A stretch of DNA of 64,000 bases from Candidatus Bathyarchaeota archaeon (lineage in GTDB: Archaea > Thermoproteota > Bathyarchaeia > Bathyarchaeales > Bathycorpusculaceae), in NCBI GenBank assembly GCA_963828195.1, contig CAWHDT010000008.1, positions 136,844 through 200,843 of the forward strand, given 5' to 3'. Positions 28,860-38,555 of the stretch are shown here, piece by piece. Numbering within the stretch: position 1 is the first letter of the stretch; the number at the start of each line of letters is the position of its first letter. The notes beneath the pieces were generated by a model, which saw only the letters and a program-made list of their open reading frames with translations, was not told the origin of the DNA and did not search any database. The translations under genes and the position numbers were made by a program.

Positions 28860-29080
28860 AACTATTCACTTCAAGTATGCCTATTGTTGACTGGCTTTTC
28901 GATATTAACTTAACGCTGCTAGCAAGAGCTTGGTTCGTTACAGGCATGAGGCATATTGCAAACTGTAAGTGAGAAAATATTGCTCATCATAATGAGTAAT
29001 ATTAGGCATTATTGCCTCATTAAGTTAAGCAACAAATAAATTTAGTGACTCTGCGGAAATGATTTCAGCTTTTTTCGTTT

Positions 29081-29614
29081 TTAACCAATCGTTGCCGCCT
29101 TAGGCTTTAATTTGTTGTTAGCTTTGACTATCGCGTTTTTGGCGAAGCCAATGACAGTGGGCGTAAAGATTGAAAGCGAAGCTAACAGGAAGTTCAGCGG
29201 GAAAACTGATGGGTACTCAAAAAGGTTGCCGCCCCAAGACCCAGCAATGCCTAAAAGTCCGCCCGAAAGCTGAATCAGCGACCAAATAGCCACCGCCAAC
29301 AGAGCGCCGTAGAGTCGAGCCACATATTTTTCTTTTCCCAATAGGGTTTTGGATTTGGCACTTGAAAAAAAGACTTCGCCAGCGATGGCGCCTGCGCCGC
29401 CGGGGAAAAAAGCGTTAACCAGAATCTTCTCAACCAGGTTCCCAGGAACCCACATGCCAATCCATGGAGTCGAAACTAAACTCAACACAGGCAAAATAAC
29501 GCTGCCCGTAGCAATCCGAATCGCAGCGGGAACAGCATATATAACTGCGCCGCAGATTCCCCAAACCCAAAACCTCCTGCTTTTAAGCATGTTCTTGAAG
29601 GCTTGCAAATACAT
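29081..29614 (-). CDS. Hypothetical membrane protein
   Basis: 177 aa, several TM helices, EKILVNAFFPGGAGA motif. Confidence 0.7.
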   Translation of the reverse strand: MYLQAFKNMLKSRRFWVWGICGAVIYAVPAAIRIATGSVILPVLSLVSTPWIGMWVPGNLVEKILVNAFFPGGAGAIAGEVFFSSAKSKTLLGKEKYVARLYGALLAVAIWSLIQLSGGLLGIAGSWGGNLFEYPSVFPLNFLLASLSIFTPTVIGFAKNAIVKANNKLKPKAATIG

Positions 29615-29686
29615 AGCTTTAAACTAACAGGAATGTTGTAAAAAGCCTTTCCAAAAACCAGCTACCGAAAAAATAAGCCAACCGCT

Positions 29687-30634
29687 TCATGGCCTATATC
29701 CGCAAAGAGTAAAAAGCGCCAAGGCAGCAGCTGTTAAATCCGCGGTTGTTCCAGGGTTGCATTTATTTTGGGATTCCCTAAGTTTCAAATCGAGCAGTTT
29801 AAGGCTTTTTCGTCCTTCAGCCGTTTCTAACCCGCCGAGTTCCAGAACAACCTGAGCTTCTGCTGAAACTTCCTTCGCTTTTTCTTTGCCGACTTTTCTG
29901 GCTATGAAAGTGTCTGGGCGCTCGGAGAGGATTTTTAGGAAAGTTTGAACGACCGCTGTGTTGACAGGTCTATTTTTCACATGATTTTTCAAGAATGGGT
30001 AAGCCAAATCAAATGTTATTGGATAGTTGTTGACCCATTCGGCGCAGATGTCATCGTATGCTGAAGCTAAGCGGAAAACCTCAAACAAAGTGGCATTCTC
30101 TTTTATCAGGCGCTCTTTGGATTGCGGGTCAGTCACATCTAGATCTGGCGCTTTGTTGAGTCCACTGGGGTTGGCAATGCCCACCGCTTCGTACAGGTGC
30201 ACTGAATCCCATGCAGTCGTTGATTTTACTGCCAAATCGATGTTTTTGCGCAACACAGAAAAATCCAAAGAATAATCTGGCTTGGCTTGAGTCATGCCTG
30301 CGGCAACCGCGAGGGGCATAAATAACATTATGGTACCGAGAATCGTGTTCCCGCCCTTTTGCCAGGCGTTGACGTCAAAGGCACAGGTTTTTATGAGTTG
30401 CCCCAAACCAACCTCGCCGACACCCAGCTTATTTTCTGCGACTTGTGTTCCGCGGTTGGCTGCTTCTTGAAAGGCTGGTCCGGCTGCGATGGCTGAAGCC
30501 AAGAAATGCTGGCAGGTTGTCTCCTCAAAGCTTGATGTTAAGTTGACGTTGCCGGGTTTTTCTGCGCTTACCTCAAGTAGTATCGCCAACTGCAGGCATT
30601 GAGAGATGTGTTGAGCTTTTTCACAGTTGCTCAT
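29687..30634 (-). CDS. citG: CitG-family protein (triphosphoribosyl-dephospho-CoA synthase-like)
   Basis: LEVSAEKPGNV, NTILG, PDTFIARK, NPGTTADL. Confidence 0.9.
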   Translation of the reverse strand: MSNCEKAQHISQCLQLAILLEVSAEKPGNVNLTSSFEETTCQHFLASAIAAGPAFQEAANRGTQVAENKLGVGEVGLGQLIKTCAFDVNAWQKGGNTILGTIMLFMPLAVAAGMTQAKPDYSLDFSVLRKNIDLAVKSTTAWDSVHLYEAVGIANPSGLNKAPDLDVTDPQSKERLIKENATLFEVFRLASAYDDICAEWVNNYPITFDLAYPFLKNHVKNRPVNTAVVQTFLKILSERPDTFIARKVGKEKAKEVSAEAQVVLELGGLETAEGRKSLKLLDLKLRESQNKCNPGTTADLTAAALALFTLCGYRP

Positions 30635-30716
30635 TGATTATCAACCTTAAATTCACAAAAAAGGTTATTAAAGTTTATAAAAACAGCGCCCATTTCAAAT
30701 AGTCTTACTCTGAGAG

Positions 30717-31739
30717 ATGGCGAATTTGATGAAGGCTCGAGAAGGCGACTTAATTAAAACAAAGAGCAGCGTAGTTTTTGATGTCAAAGGCTTGGTTCAC
30801 CCAATGGAGAAGATTGTTGCTTTTCCCCGGTTTATTCCCTCACCTCAAGGCACTAGGCAGGGCAAAGGCGGCACCTACGGCAAAGTCTACAATTTCGAAG
30901 ACAGATTCAAGTATCTTCAGGAAAACCAGCCTGAACTGATTGTTTTTGACCCCGTGTTCGGCGAAACAATGTGTGAAGTCCCAGTTTCCCAAATCGCTGA
31001 GCATTACAAGCCTGAAGAAAAACTCTGGACCTTACGCACATCCAAGGACCATACCATATTGGAAAGCAAGGCTTTGGAGTTGGCTGAAACCCTAAAAAAA
31101 GAAGCAAATATTCCTTGGAGCAGCATTGGAATTTCAGGGTCGATAATGGCTGGATTGACAACTGAAAAATCAGATATAGACCCGCTGGTTTACGGGGTTG
31201 ATAACTGCAGGAAAGCCTACGTTGCCTTGAAGAAGCTAAATGTTAGCGATTCTGGCTTCAAGCCTTATACACGAGCAGAGTTGCAGGAGCTATTCGACTT
31301 CCGTTCAAAGGACACTCACATGAGCTTCGACGACTTCGTTTCGGTCGAAAGCCGCAAAGCTTTTCAGGGCAAGTTCATGGGAACTGACTATTTCATTCGT
31401 TTCGTGAAGGACTGGAGCGAAATAAGCGAGCAGTATGGCGATGTGTGCTTCAAAAACAGCGGCTACGCAAAAGTAACTGCCAAAATAGCCGACAGTTCCG
31501 ACTCACTTTTCACGCCCTGTACCTACAAGCTTCAAGACGTCCAAGTTGTTGAAGGACCCAGATTGGGGCCAATAGCCGAGGTTGTTTCGTTCCGCGGCAG
31601 GTTCTGTAAGCAAGCAGCAAACGGCGAGGGAGTTGAGGCTCAGGGAAAAGTTGAATTGGTCACCAATAAGAAAACGGGCAGCGAACATTTCCGTTTGATA
31701 CTTGGCAATAAACCATCAGACTACATGGTTCTTTCGTAA
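30717..31739 (+). CDS. Pol-beta superfamily nucleotidyltransferase (COG1665-like), paralog 1
   Basis: GISGS...SDIDPLVYG; N-terminal EGDLIKT...FDVKGLVHP; OB-like C-terminus. Confidence 0.85.
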   Translation: MANLMKAREGDLIKTKSSVVFDVKGLVHPMEKIVAFPRFIPSPQGTRQGKGGTYGKVYNFEDRFKYLQENQPELIVFDPVFGETMCEVPVSQIAEHYKPEEKLWTLRTSKDHTILESKALELAETLKKEANIPWSSIGISGSIMAGLTTEKSDIDPLVYGVDNCRKAYVALKKLNVSDSGFKPYTRAELQELFDFRSKDTHMSFDDFVSVESRKAFQGKFMGTDYFIRFVKDWSEISEQYGDVCFKNSGYAKVTAKIADSSDSLFTPCTYKLQDVQVVEGPRLGPIAEVVSFRGRFCKQAANGEGVEAQGKVELVTNKKTGSEHFRLILGNKPSDYMVLS

Positions 31740-31960
31740 ATAAGGGGTTAGAAAAGGAATTTGGGTTTTTGAAAGAACAACAACACCCGAAAAACAACTG
31801 TTGTTCTTCTGGGCAATATTTCAAAAGAAGAAGAAGCTGGGTGAAATTGTTTTTCTTCTTCTTCTTTGCCCGTTTCTTTTTGTGGTTGTTTTCTGGCACA
31901 AATAGTAGGTAGGTCTATAGTTAGGTTGGGTACGAAACGTGTTTTGGATTGGTTTGTTTT

Positions 31961-33040
31961 TTAAGGCGTATGCTTGACTTTGAGGACTTGCTCGTAGTAG
32001 CGTGGGCAATAAGTCAACGTGACCTGTAAGAACCGTTCTGTCGGCGAAGCCACTTCTTCCAGGTTGCCTTCAACGATGATTTCTTCGTCTTTTTGCACTT
32101 GCTGGCGGAACTCTTCCATGAACGAGAAAACCCGTTTAACCTCTATAGCCTCTTTTGCACCAGTATAAACTTCAATGGGTTCAATGCCGTAAATCGACGG
32201 AATGAACGGCGCTTCATCATCCGAGGTGACGCGTGCTTTGAGTTTAACCCAGCCCTTCTGCTTAATGCGGGTTTGCGGGTCATATTCTGATTCGATTTCG
32301 CCCCAAGCCTTCACTGGCTCAAACTCGGCTTTTATGGTTCGCCCGCTTGCAGTATCGTCATACAAACCGTAGATTTGCTTGCGACGCTGATGCCATACGA
32401 AGTCTGCAACTGTGAAGTTTTGGAAACGCCAATCCTTGCCCGCCATAGCCTGTTCAGATTCAAACTCGTTATGCAAACCAGACGACTTATCACCGTACAG
32501 GTTTTCGAGTGTTTTTCGCATTGTAGAGTTTTCTTTTTTTCCATAAACGATTAAGTCAATATCTGAAAACTTGGGGTGGTGAAAACCGTGGAGCATGGAG
32601 CCGAAGACGCCAAAGTTCTCCGTTTTTAAGCCAGAACTGTTAAGCGATATCGTTAGGACACGTTCCATCGCTGCTAGCAACTCGTCTGTTGGCCCAGCTT
32701 CAAGAAGTTCTTGTAGCCGCACCTCGGGTTTTCTCGCTTCCTTAATGCCGCTGTTTTTTACTCCGACGAGATTTAACCCGAGCATTTCGTGGAAAACTTG
32801 GAATTGAGGGTACTTTTTCACGACGAGTTTCATGCCTTCGTCATTGTAGAATTTGTAGTAAAGCTTGTTTTTGCCTGTTCTTGGTGCCCGCGGGTCAGTT
32901 GACGAAAAAATCTTTGACGAAGCATATTCTGCATCACAAATGTATGCGCCTGGCGGGTGGGAATAGCCGAAGACTCGGAAGATTAAGCCTTCAGCGGTCT
33001 CGATGGCGTCGCGGTCACGAAGTTTTATGTCACTGGCCAA
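31961..33040 (-). CDS. Pol-beta superfamily nucleotidyltransferase (COG1665-like), paralog 2
   Basis: GVFGS...SDIDLIVYG; DRDAIET...FRVFGYSHP. Confidence 0.85.
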   Translation of the reverse strand: MASDIKLRDRDAIETAEGLIFRVFGYSHPPGAYICDAEYASSKIFSSTDPRAPRTGKNKLYYKFYNDEGMKLVVKKYPQFQVFHEMLGLNLVGVKNSGIKEARKPEVRLQELLEAGPTDELLAAMERVLTISLNSSGLKTENFGVFGSMLHGFHHPKFSDIDLIVYGKKENSTMRKTLENLYGDKSSGLHNEFESEQAMAGKDWRFQNFTVADFVWHQRRKQIYGLYDDTASGRTIKAEFEPVKAWGEIESEYDPQTRIKQKGWVKLKARVTSDDEAPFIPSIYGIEPIEVYTGAKEAIEVKRVFSFMEEFRQQVQKDEEIIVEGNLEEVASPTERFLQVTLTYCPRYYEQVLKVKHTP

Positions 33041-34059
33041 ATGTATTCTTCCTCGGAAGTTGCTGTGCCAACAACCACTTGATAGAAAACTTCGCTTGAA
33101 CTTGTTGATTCGACTCTTTCCAGGTTGCCCGCAACTTTTATTTCGCTGCCGCAGCGAGCTACATTTCTGTAAAGGCCGATATTTGACACGACTTGGATGG
33201 GGATCTTGTCGAGGTCTAGCTCTGATTGTTCATCGAGGGGGTTGTAGTTTGAAATCTTGTATGTTGATGGGCGATACATGGTTTCGGTGTCATCGCAAAC
33301 GGTAGCTTGGAGCCTTACTGGGTCAAGCGGGATGTATCGGTAAGCGCCATATTTTTCCTTGACTTGCTCGGGTTTTTTCGTGGCATTGTACATGAAGATT
33401 TTTCCTTGGTACCTGCCCTGGAATTTTCTTGCCGCCTCAATACGGTTACCAACGATATATGTCAGTTTTCCCGCGTTGACAAGCCTTGCAATGGCATCTT
33501 CCACTAAACGGAAGTTTTCTGTGCCATAAACAACAAAATCTATGTCTGACTCGGGCGAATGCATCTCCAAGGCAATGGAACCGTGTAGCCCTAAATCATC
33601 AAACGGAACACTTGATTCTTTGGAGATCAAATTAATAATGTCTAAAGCCATTTGCTGCAGTTTATCCCTTTTAGGCAAGTTCTCAAGCCAGACCAAGCGG
33701 TCTTTGGGAACAAAAACCTGCTGGATCAACTCGAAGGGAGCAGTGATCAGTTCTTTGTTGCGGAAGGGGCAGTAGTACAGGTAGTCGGGGAAGTTTTTGC
33801 GGAAAGCTTCAATGAATGTCTGGTAGTTTTTCGCTGTGTAGAGTTTTTCTGCCCTAAAAAGCTGGTTGTCGCCGAACTTCCAAGTTCTCTCCAGCATCTC
33901 GACGTTGAAGAGTTTTCTGAATTTTGCAGGAATGTACTTGAGAAACGCAAAGACACGGTCGTCAGGATGCTCGTACCCAAAAGTGTTCATTATGAAGCCG
34001 TCTTTAGTGACAAAGGTGTCTCCGTCCATCGGAACCCAAATTTCTTCGCTCATAAGCAT
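33025..34059 (-). CDS. Pol-beta superfamily nucleotidyltransferase (COG1665-like), paralog 3
   Basis: GLHGS...SDIDFVVYG; DGDTFVT...NTFGYEHP. Confidence 0.85.
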   Translation of the reverse strand: MLMSEEIWVPMDGDTFVTKDGFIMNTFGYEHPDDRVFAFLKYIPAKFRKLFNVEMLERTWKFGDNQLFRAEKLYTAKNYQTFIEAFRKNFPDYLYYCPFRNKELITAPFELIQQVFVPKDRLVWLENLPKRDKLQQMALDIINLISKESSVPFDDLGLHGSIALEMHSPESDIDFVVYGTENFRLVEDAIARLVNAGKLTYIVGNRIEAARKFQGRYQGKIFMYNATKKPEQVKEKYGAYRYIPLDPVRLQATVCDDTETMYRPSTYKISNYNPLDEQSELDLDKIPIQVVSNIGLYRNVARCGSEIKVAGNLERVESTSSSEVFYQVVVGTATSEEEYIWPVT

Positions 34060-34130
34060 GCGCTGCGAAAGTAAGGTAAAATGAAGCCTAAAAAAGTTAT
34101 TGCAACGTATTTAATTCCACGTTATAGCTA

Positions 34131-34591
34131 TTATTGTACTTCATTTAAGCTTTGAATTTGAAAGGATGGATTTATGGTTGAAATTAAATCCAAAAATTTC
34201 TTGTTTTTCTTCAGATTTTGAATTTCTTTGTCTTCTGTTATTAAAGCGTCGCAATTATTAATTGCAGTTGACAGGATCAGACAATCTATAAAGTCAACTA
34301 TGAAGCTTCTAATCGTGAATGCTGTCAAGATGATTTCGGCATCATACGTCGAAATTTTTTCGATTGCGTCATTGTAAAGTATCGTTCTAATGCCAATTGC
34401 CACTCTTTCTGGTGGAAGCTCCTTATTAAGAACGAATTTGGCCCCTTTTGCTGAAACCTCAAAAATGCTTATTTCGCTAATCGCTATTTCTATTTCTTTT
34501 ATTTTCATTTTTTTAATGGCGTCTTTTGATAGCTCTTTAATGTAATTCCTGCGGCTGGAAGAAAATATGTTGTGTCCAGCAGGACTTTCAA
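34131..34591 (-). pseudogene. vapC: VapC/PIN toxin, frameshifted
   Basis: TTG at 34591 gives MKVLLDTTYFLPAAGIT; the rest (IKELSK...SIFE...DFIDCLI...ITED) is in another frame from about 34540. Confidence 0.75.
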
Positions 34592-34821
34592 GCCTCAACC
34601 TTCTTAGAAAGTTCCTTTCTTTCCTTATAAAATTCTTCCAAGGTTATTTCGACAGTAGGACTGAGTTCAATTGCTTCTTAGAGTGTCAAAACGGGCTCGA
34701 CTATAAGTCTCCCCGATTCCATCGCGAATATCACTTTGGTACAAGCTTTAAGGCCTAGTTTTTCCCTCATTTCTTTAGGCGGAAATAGTTCTCCTTTCGA
34801 GCCCACTCGACTTTCGTGCAT
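34588..34821 (-). pseudogene. AbrB-type antitoxin with internal TAA
   Basis: MHESRVGSKGELFPPKEMREKLGL...VEPVLTL*EAIELSP...KKVEA*; stop at 34678-34680. Confidence 0.75.
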
Positions 34822-34895
34822 TTTTCTGGTCAACCGAATAATACATTAATCTCCAGAAAAATTAAACTTTTCGGACCTCCGTCATATGTCAGAAA

Positions 34896-36119
34896 GTGCA
34901 TAACAGTTGCTTTAACCGAAAAAGCATATATGACAACACGCATTTTCTCTTGACAAAGGCACTGGTGATAAAGACGACTTCATCTAACGCTGAAGAAAAC
35001 AACAACGAAATGGTAGTCACGCCGTGGGAAGTAAAAGGCAAAGTAGACTACGAGCGATTAATACGTGAATTCGGCACGCAACCCATAACGCCCCAACTGC
35101 TTGAGAGAGTGGAAAAACGTACCGATAAGCTGCATCTGCAGCTGGAGAGAAAAATTTTCTTCAGCCACCGAGACCTCGACACCGTTCTGGATCTCTACGA
35201 TAAAGGCATAAAATTTGTCCTCTACACGGGAAGAGGACCGTCTGGACCAGTGCACATAGGTCATCTGGTGCCATGGATTTTTACGCTTCACATCCAACAA
35301 AAATTCAAAACACGACTTTATTTCCAGCTTACAGACGACGAAAAATACCTCATTAACGACGATGCAGACCTAAAAGAAACAGGCAAATACTCCTATGAAA
35401 ATGCCCTGGACCTGATTGCGCTCGGCTTCAAACCGGAAGACACCTTCATCATCTACGACACCCAAGACATCGACTTGCTCTATGATATAACATTGGAAGT
35501 TGCCAAACGCATCACCTACAGTACTGCTCGCAGCAGTTTTGGCTTCCAAGACAGCACCAACATCGGCTGGGTATTCTGGCCCGCCATCCAAGCCGCCCCA
35601 TGCTTCATCCACAAAAAACTCACAGGCGAAAACGTGCCAGCGCTCATCCCAGCAGCCATCGACCAAGACCCCTATTGGCGAGTAACCCGCGACATAGCAC
35701 AAAAACTCGGCTACTACAAACCCGCCCAAATCCATTGCCGTTTCCTACCTGGCTTGGGCGCGGGCGGAAAAATGAGTGCCAGCATGCCCGAAACCAGCAT
35801 ATTCACTGTAGATCCTCCTGAAGTGGTGAAAAAGAAGATTTGGAATGCTTTCACTGGCGGCAAAGGTACAGCTGCAGAACAACGGAAGATGGGAGCTGAC
35901 CCAACGGTTTGCAGTATCTTCCAATATTACTTCTACCTCTTCGAAGAAGACTCGGGAAAACTTGCGGAGCGGGAACGCAGATGCCGTGCAGGCGAAATGC
36001 TATGCGGAGAATGCAAAAAAGACATAGCAGACAAACTCAACAAATTCCTCGAAGCCCACAGAGAACGCAGGGAAAAAGCCAAAGACATAATTGAACAATT
36101 CCACATAAAACGAAAATAA
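34896..36119 (+). CDS. trpS: Tryptophan-tRNA ligase
   Basis: VTPWEV, TGRGPSGPVHIGH, DQDPYWR, KMSAS; true start probably later (e.g. ATG 35010). Confidence 0.97.
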   Translation: MHNSCFNRKSIYDNTHFLLTKALVIKTTSSNAEENNNEMVVTPWEVKGKVDYERLIREFGTQPITPQLLERVEKRTDKLHLQLERKIFFSHRDLDTVLDLYDKGIKFVLYTGRGPSGPVHIGHLVPWIFTLHIQQKFKTRLYFQLTDDEKYLINDDADLKETGKYSYENALDLIALGFKPEDTFIIYDTQDIDLLYDITLEVAKRITYSTARSSFGFQDSTNIGWVFWPAIQAAPCFIHKKLTGENVPALIPAAIDQDPYWRVTRDIAQKLGYYKPAQIHCRFLPGLGAGGKMSASMPETSIFTVDPPEVVKKKIWNAFTGGKGTAAEQRKMGADPTVCSIFQYYFYLFEEDSGKLAERERRCRAGEMLCGECKKDIADKLNKFLEAHRERREKAKDIIEQFHIKRK

Positions 36120-36156
36120 TCCTTGGATAGGTAATTTCTGCGAGTAAATAATCAAG

Positions 36157-36600
36157 CTACTTTTTTTGGAAAGGATTAAGCGTCTTTATGAATGTATAAT
36201 TTTTAAAGTCTTTTACGTTTTCCGTGTAAATTATGTCTATGTTGTTCTCTTTTGCGGTAACTGCTAATACGCAATCGAATATTCTGGTGCCCGATAGATT
36301 TCTTTCTTTTGAAAGTTTAAACACGTCAATTGAGGCGACTGCTGTTGGGCATATCTTCTCGATTTCGTAGCTTTCCCACAGGTCAAGGCATAGATCCGCT
36401 GCGTCATTTGGGTTCATAGGCGAGCTAGCTTTCTTTGGGTTGGTGATGACAGTGAAAAACTCGTAAAGCACCTGAGGGGAAAGATATGCTTCGATTTCTT
36501 GCCTAAATGCTTTATCCATTATAGTTTTTGCTTGCTCATGATTTGCCGATGACTTGTCATAAGCGTAAACGAGTATATTTGAGTCAAGTAATATCTTCAT
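36157..36600 (-). CDS. vapC: VapC/PIN toxin (intact)
   Basis: MKILLDSNILVYA, QVLYEF, IFDCVLA, TENVKDF; ATG at 36600. Confidence 0.88.
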   Translation of the reverse strand: MKILLDSNILVYAYDKSSANHEQAKTIMDKAFRQEIEAYLSPQVLYEFFTVITNPKKASSPMNPNDAADLCLDLWESYEIEKICPTAVASIDVFKLSKERNLSGTRIFDCVLAVTAKENNIDIIYTENVKDFKNYTFIKTLNPFQKK

Positions 36601-36823
36601 ATATCTCTTCTCTGGAAACATGCCCTTTGATTCCAAGGCTAGGTGGATTTTCGAGTAACTCACGGGCTAACTTTGCTTTACGGCACCCACGAACTACACT
36701 CATCTTTGCAACGCCTTTCTCGACCACTTCAATGCACAGCACGTCTCCATCAACAAGCCCCAGCTTCTCTCGAATACTTCGAGGAAGATACACTTTATCT
36801 TTATAGTAAGTAGTCTCAGCCAA
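36584..36823 (-). CDS. AbrB-type antitoxin (VapB)
   Basis: KVYLPRSIREKLGLVDGDVL...SREEIYED; overlaps vapC; TTG at 36823. Confidence 0.85.
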   Translation of the reverse strand: MAETTYYKDKVYLPRSIREKLGLVDGDVLCIEVVEKGVAKMSVVRGCRKAKLARELLENPPSLGIKGHVSREEIYEDIT

Positions 36824-36837
36824 CTCAAACCACCATA

Positions 36838-36857
36838 TTACCCAATCAATTGGGTAA
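36838..36857. promoter_or_regulatory. Inverted repeat TTACCCAAT-CA-ATTGGGTAA, candidate VapB operator
   Basis: Perfect 9-bp arms 14 bp upstream of the antitoxin start. Confidence 0.6.
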
Positions 36858-36974
36858 AATATAAGCTTTCTGACGGAACCTTTCCAAAAAGAAAAACCTG
36901 CCTCATATTTCTGTTTTTCTGACCTATTTTTGCTTTTTTTTCCATTCAAAGTTAACCATATCTTTCAATGTAAG

Positions 36975-37220
36975 CTAAGGCGCAGTAGCGTTTCGAACGT
37001 GCGTTATGTGGGAGTGGATGAAGTCTTGTTCTGAGAGCGCTTTGTAGATTAGGTCTTGGACGGCGGCGTTGAGGTTTCCGTGATAGTATGGTCTGACGAT
37101 TTTCTCTGCGAACTCGGCAATGAGTGAGGCTGGCACATCGTGCAACGTTAAATCTACTGATAGATCGGTTTCTTCGTCTAATATTGTTGCTTTCGCTTTC
37201 GTGTCAATCGCCTGGCTCAT
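36975..37220 (-). CDS. Small hypothetical protein (possible RHH-like fold)
   Basis: ATG at 37220; VDLTLHDVPASLIAEF...LNAAVQDLIYKAL. Confidence 0.55.
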   Translation of the reverse strand: MSQAIDTKAKATILDEETDLSVDLTLHDVPASLIAEFAEKIVRPYYHGNLNAAVQDLIYKALSEQDFIHSHITHVRNATAP

Positions 37221-37382
37221 GCCTACGTTTATGGTTTTTAAAAGATAGATGGACAAACTAACATAGAGCATAGTGGAGGGGTAAGTGAATATGAAAACCT
37301 ATTTTACTTTGCGCTAAAAATAGAAAACGACGTCTGCTTTGTAACGAAGTATAGTGCCTAAGCCGCCCTTCTTCGTTGGTTA

Positions 37383-37613
37383 TTATGGCTTGAAAATAAC
37401 TAAATAATTCTCATTCTCTTCAAACGCAAAGTTTCTGATGCTCAGAAATTTTTCGATTAGTTGACGGTTATAACCGCCTTTAATCTCAAGTTGGTACCTG
37501 TCAGGCTCTCTTTGTTGAATGATAACAAAAGTCGGTTGAATCAAATGCTCGGAGCCTAGCTCCTTCAATAAAACCACCGCTTCTGTTCTTTTCATACGTT
37601 CCCTCTTAACCAA
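37383..37613 (-). CDS. Small hypothetical protein
   Basis: 76-aa ORF with protein-like composition. Confidence 0.55.
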   Translation of the reverse strand: MVKRERMKRTEAVVLLKELGSEHLIQPTFVIIQQREPDRYQLEIKGGYNRQLIEKFLSIRNFAFEENENYLVIFKP

Positions 37614-37728
37614 TTAGGGACGTACAGGGCTTATAACACTTTGCAATCTGTCTCTTAACAGTTGACTAAAAATGTTCTCTTCCACAAAAATGCGCCATCA
37701 ATCAGGCGAGTAATTCCGCCAGTATATG

Positions 37729-37896
37729 TCACTTTTTTTTGGCGTTTTTGCATTGGAAACAAGTTATTTTTGTGTTTTTTCCAGCTTCTGCTTCTTCCCG
37801 CGGTACTACGCTGGTTCTGACTATTTTGCCACAATCATCACAGATAAATTGGACCTCTGCAACGCGGTCGTTGGATTGGAGAACCTTAATTGGCAC
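37729..37896 (-). CDS. Small Zn-finger protein (55 aa; not in the ORF track)
   Basis: MPIKVLQSNDRVAEVQFICDDCGK...TCFQCKNAKKK*; two CxxC motifs. Confidence 0.65.
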   Translation of the reverse strand: MPIKVLQSNDRVAEVQFICDDCGKIVRTSVVPREEAEAGKNTKITCFQCKNAKKK

Positions 37897-37901
37897 ACTT
37901 A

Positions 37902-38054
37902 TTATCCTTCTTTTGCGCTCTTGTCCTTTGCAAGCAAGAATTCAAGGTATTCCTTCATTGTGAGGTTATTCTCTTGTGCTCTTTTTCTGATGTTTTCGTG
38001 AACTTTGTCGGTGACGGTTATACATTTGTATCCTTTGCGTGGCAAAACTTTCAT
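37902..38054 (-). CDS. Small ribbon-helix-helix DNA-binding protein (50 aa; not in the ORF track)
   Basis: MKVLPRKGYKCITVTDKVHENIRKRAQENNLTMKEYLEFLL. Confidence 0.7.
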   Translation of the reverse strand: MKVLPRKGYKCITVTDKVHENIRKRAQENNLTMKEYLEFLLAKDKSAKEG

Positions 38055-38179
38055 CCTCTTCCGTACTTTACCGTGCAACCAAATATATAACTAGCGGTGA
38101 AACATGATGATGAAACAAGCGTATATTGTGAAACCTTATATAAATGTACGTTCGCTAACTAACTTAAGAGGGAAACAAA

Positions 38180-38374
38180 ACGCCCAAGAAAGGCTATAAA
38201 ACCATCACGGTGAAGGCTGAGGTTTACGACTATTTTTTTAAAGAATGGCTAAAAGTCAAAGAGGAATACTCGATTAAAAAAGGCATCCACAGCTTCTCAG
38301 CCTACGTCACTTATACCTTGTCTCAACTGATGGAAGAAGAAAAGAAAAGCAAAAGTGAGCGTACAAAGCGTTAG
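38180..38374 (+). CDS. RHH-like protein starting at ACG (non-canonical start or pseudogene)
   Basis: (ACG)PKKGYKTITVKAEVYDYFF...SFSAYVTYTLSQL; GAGGG upstream; in-frame TAA at 38165 excludes an earlier start. Confidence 0.6.
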   Translation, partial: TPKKGYKTITVKAEVYDYFFKEWLKVKEEYSIKKGIHSFSAYVTYTLSQLMEEEKKSKSERTKR

Positions 38375-38555
38375 GGAACTAAAGAACCTTTTCAAAGAAA
38401 TAAAGAAAAAAGGAGCGCCAAAAAAGTTTAGAGGAGCGGGAAGGCGCGACAAGAAAAATCAAACAATGCATATAAAATGCTCTTAGTTGTTGAAATCAAA
38501 GAAAAGAGAAATAAGCGAACACACCTCCAATAGTTTACTTACAAAGGTGATTTAT

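Noticed and set aside
37726-38090. Plus-strand ORFs 37726..38001, 37739..37963 and 37890..38090
   Set aside because: They are antisense to the more convincing minus-strand RHH and Zn-finger microgenes.
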